In this document: piece after piece, positions 37,890 to 46,551 of the stretch
Layout of the letters: every line of letters begins with the position of its first letter
Numbering within the stretch: the stretch's first letter is position 1
Origin: Ignavibacteria bacterium
GTDB taxonomy: Bacteria > Bacteroidota > Ignavibacteria > Kapaibacteriales > Kapaibacteriaceae
NCBI GenBank assembly: GCA_016191145.1
Contig: JACPPD010000015.1
Span: 7,291-71,290, forward strand
Reading direction: 5' to 3'
DNA: 64,000 bases
Notes under the pieces: model-generated
Databases searched by the model: none
What the model saw: the letters and a program-made list of their open reading frames with translations, nothing else
What the model was told of the DNA's origin: nothing
Program-made: the position numbers and the translations under genes

Positions 37890-38932
37890 CAGTTAATCGC
37901 TGTGGCTTGATCTTCTTTGTTGCGGACAACCTGAAAGGGCTGCGGTGGCCTCACGGCGGCGACTTTTGCTGCTCGTTTCTTCTGCGATACCGGTACGATG
38001 ACCATACGATCCTGTGGTACGTCGTAGCGCACCGGCTGGATGACATCACGGTCTGCCGGCACATCATAGCGTACCGGCTGCGTGACGGCACGGTCTGCCG
38101 GCACATCATAGCGCACCGGCATATACGAGGGTTCCCGGACGATCTGACGCACGAGGCGTTCTACAGGCTGCACGATCGTACGTACCACCGGTGGCAATTC
38201 CTTGATGACTTCCAGGATCCGGTCGACAAAGACAGGGCGTTCGATGATGCGTTCTACCGGCGGCGGCGCTTCCGACCCCGCTGCCACGATGTCTGGTGCT
38301 TGTGTTTTGAGGGCTGGGTGCGCAGCACGAGCTGTGGCAGCGGGCTCCCCTGTCGGGCTTTGTCGGTAATATGATGTGTCTGCGTCAGAAGGCAGCGACT
38401 CGAGGTAGGCGCCTGCGTCTATCGAAGGTGAAAATGTCGGTGTCTGCTCAAAAGTCGGCGTAAAGGTATGCGATGGGCTCGCCTCAATCAGTGGGCTGAA
38501 GCTTGGACTCTGCTCCATCGTCGGGTTATGTTCGAGCGTCGGGTTATACTCAAGCGTTGGATTGTGTTCAATCGTCGGGCTGACGTTGATACGGGCACCT
38601 TCGATGATCGGATTTACGGTAACGCTGATGACGTTGGGCTGCGTTGAGGCTGTAGTAGCAGACGGCGTGCTACCTCCTCCCCACTGTGAGGCGTTGTGGC
38701 AGCGCTGACAGCGTCCACATCTACATGCTTGCTCTGGCCTGTTGTTGGGCTGCTGCTGCGGCGCTGACCATGGTGCGCCTCCGACGACAGGCATCATCGG
38801 CATCGCAGGCATGCCAGGCGGACTGGCCTGGAGCTCTACAGCAGAGGCATCTGTGACCGGTGCTGGCACCAGCTCAGGAATGTAGCGGCCAATGGTGACA
38901 ACATCATCTTCTAATGTGACTATTTTACTCAT
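37880..38932 (-). CDS. Proline-rich repeat protein
   Basis: CRCGRCQRC; hexapeptide HNPTLE repeats; three 11-aa QPVRYDVPADR-type repeats. Confidence 0.75.
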   Translation of the reverse strand: MSKIVTLEDDVVTIGRYIPELVPAPVTDASAVELQASPPGMPAMPMMPVVGGAPWSAPQQQPNNRPEQACRCGRCQRCHNASQWGGGSTPSATTASTQPNVISVTVNPIIEGARINVSPTIEHNPTLEYNPTLEHNPTMEQSPSFSPLIEASPSHTFTPTFEQTPTFSPSIDAGAYLESLPSDADTSYYRQSPTGEPAATARAAHPALKTQAPDIVAAGSEAPPPVERIIERPVFVDRILEVIKELPPVVRTIVQPVERLVRQIVREPSYMPVRYDVPADRAVTQPVRYDVPADRDVIQPVRYDVPQDRMVIVPVSQKKRAAKVAAVRPPQPFQVVRNKEDQATAINWWT

Positions 38933-39207
38933 GAGGTCGTGCGTTTCCTTTTTCGTGACGCTTTCGTCGATGTCCGTCCAAGGCTATACCCACCATAAGC
39001 AACGAGCGTAAAGATCATGAGACCGCCGACAAGGATCGGAACGGTCTTCTCTTTGATGTTTGCCAGCACTCCTTCCTGGCATAGTCGTTCAAATTCCGAT
39101 TGTGTCGACTGCTCGACGGATTCGGTGACGCTCTTGCCGGCAAAGACGTTCGTTAGCGCCCTACTCAGCAGCGATTCAAAATTGATCTGTGATGTTGGCG
39201 TTGCCAT
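38929..39207 (-). CDS. Small single-pass membrane protein with basic tail
   Basis: TM VPILVGGLMIFTLVAYGGY then RKRKR. Confidence 0.7.
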   Translation of the reverse strand: MATPTSQINFESLLSRALTNVFAGKSVTESVEQSTQSEFERLCQEGVLANIKEKTVPILVGGLMIFTLVAYGGYSLGRTSTKASRKRKRTTS

Positions 39208-39264
39208 AGCAGTGTACGAATTGTTGGAGCTCGTGACGTGTCAATGATTACTGTGCGCCCGTCT

Positions 39265-39489
39265 TCAGTAGGTATATGGTGGTGTCGTCGACTGCTGCTG
39301 CTGCTGCTGGTTTCCCACCATCGTTGCGGCTTTCTCCAGTCCGAAAGCTCCGGCGATGGCGCCGACGGCAGCCACCCCAGCCTTAGCGCCCAGAGAAATC
39401 GGTTTTTTGTTGACCTTCATTTTCGAGCCGAGGAATACAGCGGCGAGAGCTCCAAGGCCGGCGCCAATTATTTTTTTGTCGATAGTCAT
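39265..39489 (-). CDS. Small Gly/Ala-rich two-TM protein
   Basis: GAGLGALAAVFLG and AGVAAVGAIAGAFG; polyQ tail. Confidence 0.7.
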   Translation of the reverse strand: MTIDKKIIGAGLGALAAVFLGSKMKVNKKPISLGAKAGVAAVGAIAGAFGLEKAATMVGNQQQQQQSTTPPYTY

Positions 39490-39532
39490 CGTTGTCTTTC
39501 GTGAAAGTGAGAAAGTAGTCGTTTTCTGCCGA

Positions 39533-40060
39533 TCAAATTTTCAAATACACGGAACGCCGCTCTGGTGTCTGCTCGCGTCCGAAGCCATCTTTTTTCATGA
39601 CACAGTCTATCGGGAAGAAGCCCTGTGGCACCTGGACCCAGTTGTACACATGAGTAAATGCTCGCTTGCGCCATGCCAACGCCTTGAGATAGGACGTGAG
39701 GCCTGCGGCCTTCAGAAGACACGCCATAAGCGTTGACAGGTCATCGCAATCGCGCCATGGATAAGTCTTATCATATTTACGTGACAGCGTATGCCGAGGA
39801 GCTTTGACAGCCTCGTATTCAGCAGGGTCTTTGACGTAGGGGAACCGGTCTGTCATCCAGTCCCACAGGGCATAAGCAGTATCTAGTGGACGCTTTTGGC
39901 GTACTCCTTCTACGACGGCCAAAATTTCGGGATTGCCGGCATCCTGGCGGGCTAAGTCGCGCATGATGTAGAGCGTCTGGTAGATGCCACCATCGGAGGG
40001 CAACTGTGTAATCTCACACAGACGGGCATCGTCGGATATCGTCGTACACGTTTTCGTCAC
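39533..40060 (-). CDS. Transglutaminase-like cysteine protease
   Basis: YVKDP...E...P, RDCDDLSTLMACLL (Cys), FTHVY (His), PID (Asp). Confidence 0.85.
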   Translation of the reverse strand: MTKTCTTISDDARLCEITQLPSDGGIYQTLYIMRDLARQDAGNPEILAVVEGVRQKRPLDTAYALWDWMTDRFPYVKDPAEYEAVKAPRHTLSRKYDKTYPWRDCDDLSTLMACLLKAAGLTSYLKALAWRKRAFTHVYNWVQVPQGFFPIDCVMKKDGFGREQTPERRSVYLKI

Positions 40061-40078
40061 ATCATCATTTGGCTTTTG

Positions 40079-40420
40079 TCAACATGGGGGCTTCGTGTGG
40101 GGGCGTTCACGTTCTAAGTTTCTTACGCGATTTTCGATGTGCATGATCGACTTTTCAAGCTCGGCGATGACACGAATCGACGACTTGATTTCGATGACAT
40201 CGGATCGAACGCCGTTGTATTCCGATGTCATCCTGGTCAGCTCAATCTTTAGGTTGAGAATCGTATCGTCGAGATCATGAATTGTTTGGTCTGTCGCCTG
40301 CGTGCGGCTTCTCTTCTCTGCTGACATTGCTACCAATGCCGTTACAACCGATGACAGCATCGAGAGCACCGTCAAACCAAGCAAGAGAAGATTCACACTG
40401 CCACCTAGATAGTCACTCAT
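40079..40420 (-). CDS. N-terminal TM plus coiled-coil protein
   Basis: Hydrophobic residues 10-32 then heptads. Confidence 0.7.
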   Translation of the reverse strand: MSDYLGGSVNLLLLGLTVLSMLSSVVTALVAMSAEKRSRTQATDQTIHDLDDTILNLKIELTRMTSEYNGVRSDVIEIKSSIRVIAELEKSIMHIENRVRNLERERPHTKPPC

Positions 40421-40430
40421 GGTTTTTTTC

Positions 40431-41219
40431 TCAAAGCCCCTTCGTCACACCGGCACGAAGGGCTGCTCCTGCCGTTTTGTTAGCATTAAGCTCCATGGCT
40501 TTGCGGGCGATGACATATAAAAGCATTGCTGTGCCCCCAATGACAACCACTGGTATGGCAATAGAGGCAATGCGTGTTGTTGTTGAAATCGAGCCGGCAA
40601 CTTCACCAGGCAGAGACACGAGGTTCAGGAAGCTTCGTCCGATAGAGCATAGGAAGCCGCATGGCTTATTATCAGATTCTTCACTGGCGGCAGATGCCTG
40701 CGACTGTTCTGCCACGGCCTTTGCCGCCTGGGCAGCTTGTTGTTCGTTGGGCGTGAGTTTCGTCAGCGTGCTCTCAGGAACAAGCCACCGTGGGTGTATT
40801 TGCTGTGGCGTACCGGTGACACCGTAGTAGAGCTCACGCAAGATGATCTTGATCGTCTCCGGCGGCGGTGCTTCACTGCCAAGATCATATTGGATGGCGA
40901 CAACATTTTCGTTTGTAGCCCCAATGTTGGAGGGGTTTGGGCTCGGGACCTTGTTTGCAGCGCGGAGCCCGTTGTACGAGCTAACAGTTGCCCCTACCTG
41001 ACTCTTGGTGACGTATTCGTCACCTGACGTATCTAAGCGTTTGTTTTCGTTATAGTTGGCACGAGCCCAAACGAGCTGTACCATCTCATTCCACGTGTTG
41101 GCATACGTCGGCGTACCTTCAAACCATGAGTAAGGAAGAAGACCACTCAAGCGTTGCCCCGAGATGCTGACGGCAGTGCCATCAGTAGCGTCATTTGGGA
41201 GTGTCGTGATAAAAGACAT
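40431..41219 (-). CDS. Protein with C-terminal TM anchor
   Basis: Likely ATG at 41219 (MSFITT); CGFLC; TM IAIPVVVIGGTAMLLYVIA then RK. Confidence 0.7.
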   Translation of the reverse strand: MSFITTLPNDATDGTAVSISGQRLSGLLPYSWFEGTPTYANTWNEMVQLVWARANYNENKRLDTSGDEYVTKSQVGATVSSYNGLRAANKVPSPNPSNIGATNENVVAIQYDLGSEAPPPETIKIILRELYYGVTGTPQQIHPRWLVPESTLTKLTPNEQQAAQAAKAVAEQSQASAASEESDNKPCGFLCSIGRSFLNLVSLPGEVAGSISTTTRIASIAIPVVVIGGTAMLLYVIARKAMELNANKTAGAALRAGVTKGL

Positions 41220-41397
41220 AGCGCCTGTGTAATTCAATGAATAGGATTGGCAGTGCTGCGCTGACAACGAGCGTCAGAGCAGGATTCTCCTTAAGAATCG
41301 TGTTTAACCGCTTCCAGAACGAATCGTGCTGTTTGCCGTGACCGTCATGGAGTGTTGCAGAAGCTGTCGTCTTGCGTCGGCGTTTTTTCGTTCTCAT
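41191..41397 (-). CDS. Small basic membrane protein
   Basis: MRTKKRRRK, one TM; first ORF of the long minus-strand operon. Confidence 0.55.
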   Translation of the reverse strand: MRTKKRRRKTTASATLHDGHGKQHDSFWKRLNTILKENPALTLVVSAALPILFIELHRRYVFYHDTPK

Positions 41398-41472
41398 TCA
41401 AAATCAAATGATCCATAACCATGACACCGTGTGCTTGTCGTAGATATTTCGCACTCATTCTCTTCTAGAAAA

Positions 41473-41547
41473 CAGCGCGAAGACGTAGGCGAGAAAACCT
41501 CCGTTCGGGTGAAAGTCTTTTTCTCCGAACGGAGGATGTTCGCGCTG
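41473..41547. other. Strong hairpin in the late-operon leader
   Basis: cctccgttcgg (41498-41508) pairs with ccgaacggagg (41525-41535); cagcgcgaa pairs with ttcgcgctg. Confidence 0.7.
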
Positions 41548-42070
41548 CGGGGTGGTGGGTGTCACCCGTGCCATGGGAGAAAACGAGGCATGAGGTAGAC
41601 CGCGTGATGCTGACCGAAGAGTAGGGGTGGTGGGAGAATCGATTGGCATCGCAGACAAAAACCGATGTGGTGTCAAAAGCCAAAGCACGGCTAAGTAATG
41701 ATGAGGACACGGCGCTGAATACTACATATCCGTCTTGTATACTGTTCATGCACGTTGTCAACTTAGTGTGGATGTGTGAATCGGTGAGATCGCCAGTGCG
41801 CTGCCGAGAGGGGACACGTGCGGCGTTCTGTCTTCTCTCCTTCAACAAAGGGTGTGGTGAAAGCCTTACCTGCTGGAAGGGTATCAAAGAACCCGCGATG
41901 TAATCTACAATCGGAAAATGAACGATACCTAACAGCTAGAGTATTATGCGGCTGTTCCGTTCACATTACGCACTATTTTTTTTAATAGGACAAAACAAAC
42001 GACAGATAGTGCGACCTTGGACCAATCGATAGCGCGTCCTGTGCGTGCATGGGGCGACGCGATGCACGCC

Positions 42071-42292
42071 TCACTTCGATTTCCGATTCTCTTCATGAAT
42101 GACGTTCTTTGCTTCCTGTAGGGAACAGTAAAACCCAAGGAAACGCTCGTTATAATATACTTGATAAGGACAATGGTTGCCTACAACCCTGCCGACTACA
42201 CGACCGCTTTGATGTGTACAAGCATAGTATTGGCCATAATAATGATACCACTTCAATGCCTCATCATGAAATTCAGGACTGTTCATTGCCAT
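42071..42292 (-). CDS. Small hypothetical protein
   Basis: Coupled to the upstream ORF; Tyr-rich. Confidence 0.45.
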   Translation of the reverse strand: MAMNSPEFHDEALKWYHYYGQYYACTHQSGRVVGRVVGNHCPYQVYYNERFLGFYCSLQEAKNVIHEENRKSK

Positions 42293-43152
42293 TAGGTACC
42301 TTCCTCATCGACAAAAGACCAGTCCAAAGATTTGATCGCGATGCGTTGATATTCATCTCCGACATAATGACCAAAAAGGGAGACGGCACGTGAGGCGGCA
42401 GCAGCATAAGTAACCGCTAGATGGGCACGCCTGATACATAGTTGTGAGAGAATATTACTACTGCCCACCAAGGCGATAGAGCGAACAATATTGCTTGCCG
42501 CATAGGTCGCAAAGGGTTGGCCATATTCTGATCGTGCGTTTGCACATGAAACGACCATACCTGGAAATAGATGCGTTAATTTTTCTCTAGAAATTTCACG
42601 ATGCAAATACTTTTCTGCCTCATCAAGCGCATCAAGCACATACTCATCAGGTATCAAATTCAAAACGGTGCCTCGCAGCGTAGGTGTGTTTCGGACAAAG
42701 TCAAGGGCTAAGCGAACGAATTGATCCTCAGACCGAAGCATGAGCGACGTCTGTAAAAGTTCTATGTCTTCACAGTAGTTGATAGCCTCAACGAACGTAT
42801 CGAATTGGGAGGCATAGTCAATCAACTTCGACGGCATCGCGTGACGAAAAAGCTTTTTTAGGTGATTTCTGTTGTAATCGATGACTCGCGGCGACGCAAT
42901 AGCTCGCTTAATGATTTCCTGCACAAGTATTGCTATGTATGGTTCTTCTTGGGATTTGAAGATCAAAATATCCTGATAATTGTAGATGAGCCAGCGCGAT
43001 TTGAAATAGCGGACCATACCACCAAATACTTGCTCGAGGAACCAGATCCCATAAATGGAAGTTCCATCGAGGTCCACGACAAGTTTCTTACCGGCAGCGG
43101 CGGCTTCGAGGAAGGCACCGATCAACACGTTTTCTCGTAGCTCTTGGGCCAA
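42292..43152 (-). CDS. STAS-like (DUF4325-type) domain fused to a helical domain (start uncertain)
   Basis: LVVDLDGTSIYGIWFLEQVFGGMVR resembles the DUF4325 motif. Confidence 0.6.
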   Translation of the reverse strand: MAQELRENVLIGAFLEAAAAGKKLVVDLDGTSIYGIWFLEQVFGGMVRYFKSRWLIYNYQDILIFKSQEEPYIAILVQEIIKRAIASPRVIDYNRNHLKKLFRHAMPSKLIDYASQFDTFVEAINYCEDIELLQTSLMLRSEDQFVRLALDFVRNTPTLRGTVLNLIPDEYVLDALDEAEKYLHREISREKLTHLFPGMVVSCANARSEYGQPFATYAASNIVRSIALVGSSNILSQLCIRRAHLAVTYAAAASRAVSLFGHYVGDEYQRIAIKSLDWSFVDEEGT

Positions 43153-43403
43153 TTTCTTTTCCAGATCGCTATATGGCGGCCCATGATCAACAGCAAACTC
43201 ACGAACGGCCAGATACAGGGCCTCCCCGGTGTGCTTGGCACTGTGTGGCCGTCGAGTGTGTTGCCTTTGCCGTTCTGGTCGGCAGCAGAAATCTCTGGCA
43301 TCGCCGTGTGCTCTCTCAGGGAGTGTGGTGGTTCATCGCGCAGTTGGGTCTCGGTCGAGCAGCCTGTGTGTAGTGCCCTGGGACGAACATACACAAAAAA
43401 GGG

Positions 43404-43424
43404 AATGGCTGCAAATGGCTGTAA
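43404..43424. promoter_or_regulatory. Putative integrase arm-type binding sites (right)
   Basis: aatggctgcaaatggctgtaa matches 7749-7770. Confidence 0.65.
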
Positions 43425-43461
43425 AAATCGATCTAAGTAGCTGGTTTATAACGTATCGTGT

Positions 43462-43505
43462 TGCTGATTACAAATCAGCTGCTCTACCAACTGAGCTACA
43501 TCGGC
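43462..43505. repeat. Right att core (44 bp; truncated 5' half of tRNA-Thr)
   Basis: Identical to 7543-7586; no T-arm or 3' acceptor strand follows. Confidence 0.96.
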
Positions 43506-44098
43506 GAAACACCAAATATACGGTCTTCGATTTGCTCGCACCAGATGTGTCCGATAAGGATGTGTGACTCCTGGATGCGTGCGGTGGTGGATGAGGGGAC
43601 GACGACGGATGCATCGCACAGATCCTTGATTGCGCCTCCAGAGCCCCCTAACAAACCAATGACGGTAATACCGTGCGCTTTTGCAGCTTGCGATGCGTTA
43701 ATTACGTTCGCTGAATTGCCGCTTGTAGTGATAGCGATAAGAACATCCTTCGGTTTGCCATAAGCCTCGACTTGGCGCGAAAAGACGTGATCGAAACCAT
43801 AATCATTGCCGCCAGCAGTGAGCATTGATGTATCGGTTGTTAGGGCTATGGCTGCAATGGCACGTCGCTCAACGGAACTGCGAAAACGTATTACAAGTTC
43901 TGCGGCAATGTGCTGACAGTCTGCCGCACTACCGCCGTTGCCACAAAGCATTATTAACCGACTAGCACGCACAGCCTCGACGAGTATCTCACCACAGCTA
44001 AAGATTTCGTGGGAGCACTGCTGTGCAAGTAACTGCTTTGCTTGAGCAGAATCACTGATGAGCTGTGCGACTCGCGATGCGTCGAAGGGATTGTGCAT
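43496..44098 (-). CDS. gmhA: D-sedoheptulose-7-phosphate isomerase
   Basis: [47 protein letters not shown]. Confidence 0.95.
   Translation of the reverse strand: MHNPFDASRVAQLISDSAQAKQLLAQQCSHEIFSCGEILVEAVRASRLIMLCGNGGSAADCQHIAAELVIRFRSSVERRAIAAIALTTDTSMLTAGGNDYGFDHVFSRQVEAYGKPKDVLIAITTSGNSANVINASQAAKAHGITVIGLLGGSGGAIKDLCDASVVVPSSTTARIQESHILIGHIWCEQIEDRIFGVSPM
43513..43520 (-). promoter_or_regulatory. Putative native tRNA-Thr promoter -7 box
   Basis: TATATTTG (TAnnTTTG) ending 7 nt before the tRNA 5' end at 43505. Confidence 0.5.
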
Positions 44099-44939
44099 GT
44101 ACAAAATTACGAGTTGCAAGCGCTGTGATTACGATGATGCCACCAACGATTGCCGACGAGGACGGCACTTCGCTATAGAACAATGCCACCCAGACAGGAT
44201 TGAGAAGGGGTTCTAACGTCGTTATCAATACTGCTTCGATAGCTGTTACATGAGCTATTGCCCATGAGTAAAGGATGTATGAGATTCCGAGCTGCAACAT
44301 GCCTAGTGATAGAATCCCAACGATAATGTCGGTACGAATAGGGAATGGATCAAGGAATGGCAGGCATACAATCGCTGTAAGAACATTGCCAAGTAGAATG
44401 CTCTCCACAGTTGACTTTCCATGCTGTGCCCTCATACACAATGCAACACAAGCAAATGCAACTCCACTGCCGACAGCAATCAGGTTGCCAACCATGTTAC
44501 CCATGGAAACACGCTCGATGAAGAATACAGACATGCCTGCCATCACAACGATTACGGTAATCACGTCGATGCGAGTGAGCCGTTCCTTAGTGATGACGGC
44601 ACTAAACAAGGCAACCCATATTGGAGCAGTATATTGTAAAAAAATTGCATTTGCAGCAGTAGTCATCTTTGTGGCAACAACAAACAACAATACCGTTAGA
44701 CAATAACTAACAATGCTACCCCACTGTGCTGCAGACCACGTTGGCTTCGGATGCCTTACCCACAGTAAGATTACAACAGCTGCAATGGCGCTTCGCGTTC
44801 CGGAAATTGTTAGGGGGCTTAGTGGGAGAATCTTTATCAGTAAGCCGCCGGTGCTCCACAAAAACGCAGTGATGATAAGAGCTGCCACACCTTTACGGTG
44901 CAGTTGCGGAATAAAGATCTGCTGGATTGCTGACTTCAA
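44052..44939 (-). CDS. EamA/DMT family transporter
   Basis: Ten TM segments; [14 protein letters not shown] and [10 protein letters not shown]. Confidence 0.92.
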   Translation of the reverse strand: MKSAIQQIFIPQLHRKGVAALIITAFLWSTGGLLIKILPLSPLTISGTRSAIAAVVILLWVRHPKPTWSAAQWGSIVSYCLTVLLFVVATKMTTAANAIFLQYTAPIWVALFSAVITKERLTRIDVITVIVVMAGMSVFFIERVSMGNMVGNLIAVGSGVAFACVALCMRAQHGKSTVESILLGNVLTAIVCLPFLDPFPIRTDIIVGILSLGMLQLGISYILYSWAIAHVTAIEAVLITTLEPLLNPVWVALFYSEVPSSSAIVGGIIVITALATRNFVHAQSLRRIASRTAHQ

Positions 44940-45787
44940 CGCTCGAAATATAAATCGTCGGTAACGGAAAATTCAACAACGGCTGAGTCCTTCCCTTTAC
45001 CGAAATATGCAATCACCTTAGTTTGTGAAGCTGTTCTGATGGCAGGGTATCTCAGATCTACAGGGACGTGGAGCATGATTTCGGCACGAAGTTTCGATGA
45101 CGTAGGAATTAAACCTCCCATTTCACCGACGGCATTTTCAGCCGATGCTTTCATCTCTACAACAGCAGCAGGCATGTAACTGCCTGAATCGATTCTAATG
45201 AAAGTTACTTTTCCCTTTACGGATTTTGCCCGTTTCTTCCCAACTTCGTCAAACGTTTTCTTTAGCGCTGTTACATTTATCGGCCAGGTATCTCCGACGC
45301 CGACCTTCTTGCGTGGGTCAAGTATTTCACCAGTGCGCTTGCCACCTTCAGAACGAATTACTGGAACAAGATTTGCCATCACGTCGGCAGGCAATGGGAT
45401 ACTGTCTTTAAGAATAACTGTACTGGTGTCAGAAAAAGATGCAAGTAGTTCTGTCCCCGGCGGAAGAATTTCACTTGTCTGGCTGTTGTGCTCTGCGAAG
45501 GCATGCCTGATCTTAATACTTTTTACGGCTTCCTGACCGTCGGTGGTAACGGCCTGAACGCGGCATAATGCACTGATCCGAACAATAATCGTGTCGGCCT
45601 GCACCACATTAAGAGAGTCGTTCCTATCACGTACCTGGACGCGAGAAATACGTGTCGATGTACCGCGCAGCTCGTATTGGTCGAAAGCTCTAATCGAGCG
45701 GCCCATTGTGAGGTCGATCTGCTCACTACTGTATGCGCCAACGAACGCGATACTGCAAACCGTAACAACAACAGCAATGAATCTCAA
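44936..45787 (-). CDS. Hypothetical exported protein
   Basis: Signal peptide; coupled to neighbours; VGDTW motif. Confidence 0.7.
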   Translation of the reverse strand: MRFIAVVVTVCSIAFVGAYSSEQIDLTMGRSIRAFDQYELRGTSTRISRVQVRDRNDSLNVVQADTIIVRISALCRVQAVTTDGQEAVKSIKIRHAFAEHNSQTSEILPPGTELLASFSDTSTVILKDSIPLPADVMANLVPVIRSEGGKRTGEILDPRKKVGVGDTWPINVTALKKTFDEVGKKRAKSVKGKVTFIRIDSGSYMPAAVVEMKASAENAVGEMGGLIPTSSKLRAEIMLHVPVDLRYPAIRTASQTKVIAYFGKGKDSAVVEFSVTDDLYFER

Positions 45788-46536
45788 TTAATTTCAATTC
45801 CTCCAAAGATGACGGTAGCATCCAACACCAAGGTTGGAGCATCGACTCCAAGAGGCTTCGACATAGATTTATCGTCGATTCCGCCAAAAATCGGACTGCC
45901 CTTAACAACAACTCTCCATGAAGGGGGCACATGCAACTCGATGCCTCCGAAAATTGCCGTTAACGAAATATGGGCAACATTACCCTCAATACTACATTCA
46001 CGCAGGTCTACCTCGATACCGCCGAATACGGCTGTCAGTTCGCCGCCTGTAAAATCCGTTGAAGCAACACGTGTATCAACACTAGTGAAAAACGCAGTTC
46101 TATCGATGCGCGATCCCTCGATATTTAAAGTCCCAACTCTTCCTTGACTATAGTTATTTCGTTTTTTTTTCCATCGGGACGACACGAGAGAAAACCCAAT
46201 GAGGATTAGGATGATAGGCCAAAAGGCGCTCCAGAAACCGCCAGGAAGGTAATCGAGTTCTCTTAATTGAAATACTGCTCCGATTGTAAAGAGGACTACA
46301 GACCCAACGATAGACCCAGAGCCTGTAACGATCTGGCCGATCGCCACTAGCATGAGAAGGGATGGCCACCACGTTGACAGTGCATTGCTGAATTCAATAA
46401 CTCCGAACGCATCAAGAAGCAATCCGGTGCCAACGATGACGAGGACTACGCCAATCCAAAACCCAAATCCAACGCGACGGTCCTGGCCAAACTGAATGTT
46501 TACCGAATGCCGATAAGATGTTTGCTGTTCGTTCAT
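45784..46536 (-). CDS. LiaF/DUF2154-like membrane protein
   Basis: Four TM segments (WWP, FWP) plus repeated VFGGIE beta-solenoid. Confidence 0.85.
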   Translation of the reverse strand: MNEQQTSYRHSVNIQFGQDRRVGFGFWIGVVLVIVGTGLLLDAFGVIEFSNALSTWWPSLLMLVAIGQIVTGSGSIVGSVVLFTIGAVFQLRELDYLPGGFWSAFWPIILILIGFSLVSSRWKKKRNNYSQGRVGTLNIEGSRIDRTAFFTSVDTRVASTDFTGGELTAVFGGIEVDLRECSIEGNVAHISLTAIFGGIELHVPPSWRVVVKGSPIFGGIDDKSMSKPLGVDAPTLVLDATVIFGGIEIN

Positions 46537-46551
46537 GGATGCCTTCCGTTG

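Larger units (their letters stand above)
7543..43505. mobile_element. Integrated ~36-kb provirus-like element in tRNA-Thr
   Basis: 44-bp perfect direct repeats at both ends, adjacent tyrosine integrase, repressor/xis, initiator, lysis enzymes; host housekeeping genes resume on both sides. Confidence 0.95.

Noticed and set aside
41455-41903. Short minus-strand ORFs in the late leader
   Set aside because: Mutually overlapping, no motifs, and coincide with strong hairpins
43462-43505. Second intact tRNA-Thr
   Set aside because: Ends after the anticodon arm; no T-arm or 3' acceptor strand
7543-43505. Classical tailed prophage or conjugative ICE
   Set aside because: No recognisable terminase, portal, HK97 capsid, tail, relaxase, coupling protein or VirB4 motifs; remote homologues cannot be fully excluded by eye
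7543-43505. Retron, DGR or group II intron
   Set aside because: No reverse transcriptase (YADD-type) motif or template/variable repeat pair seen
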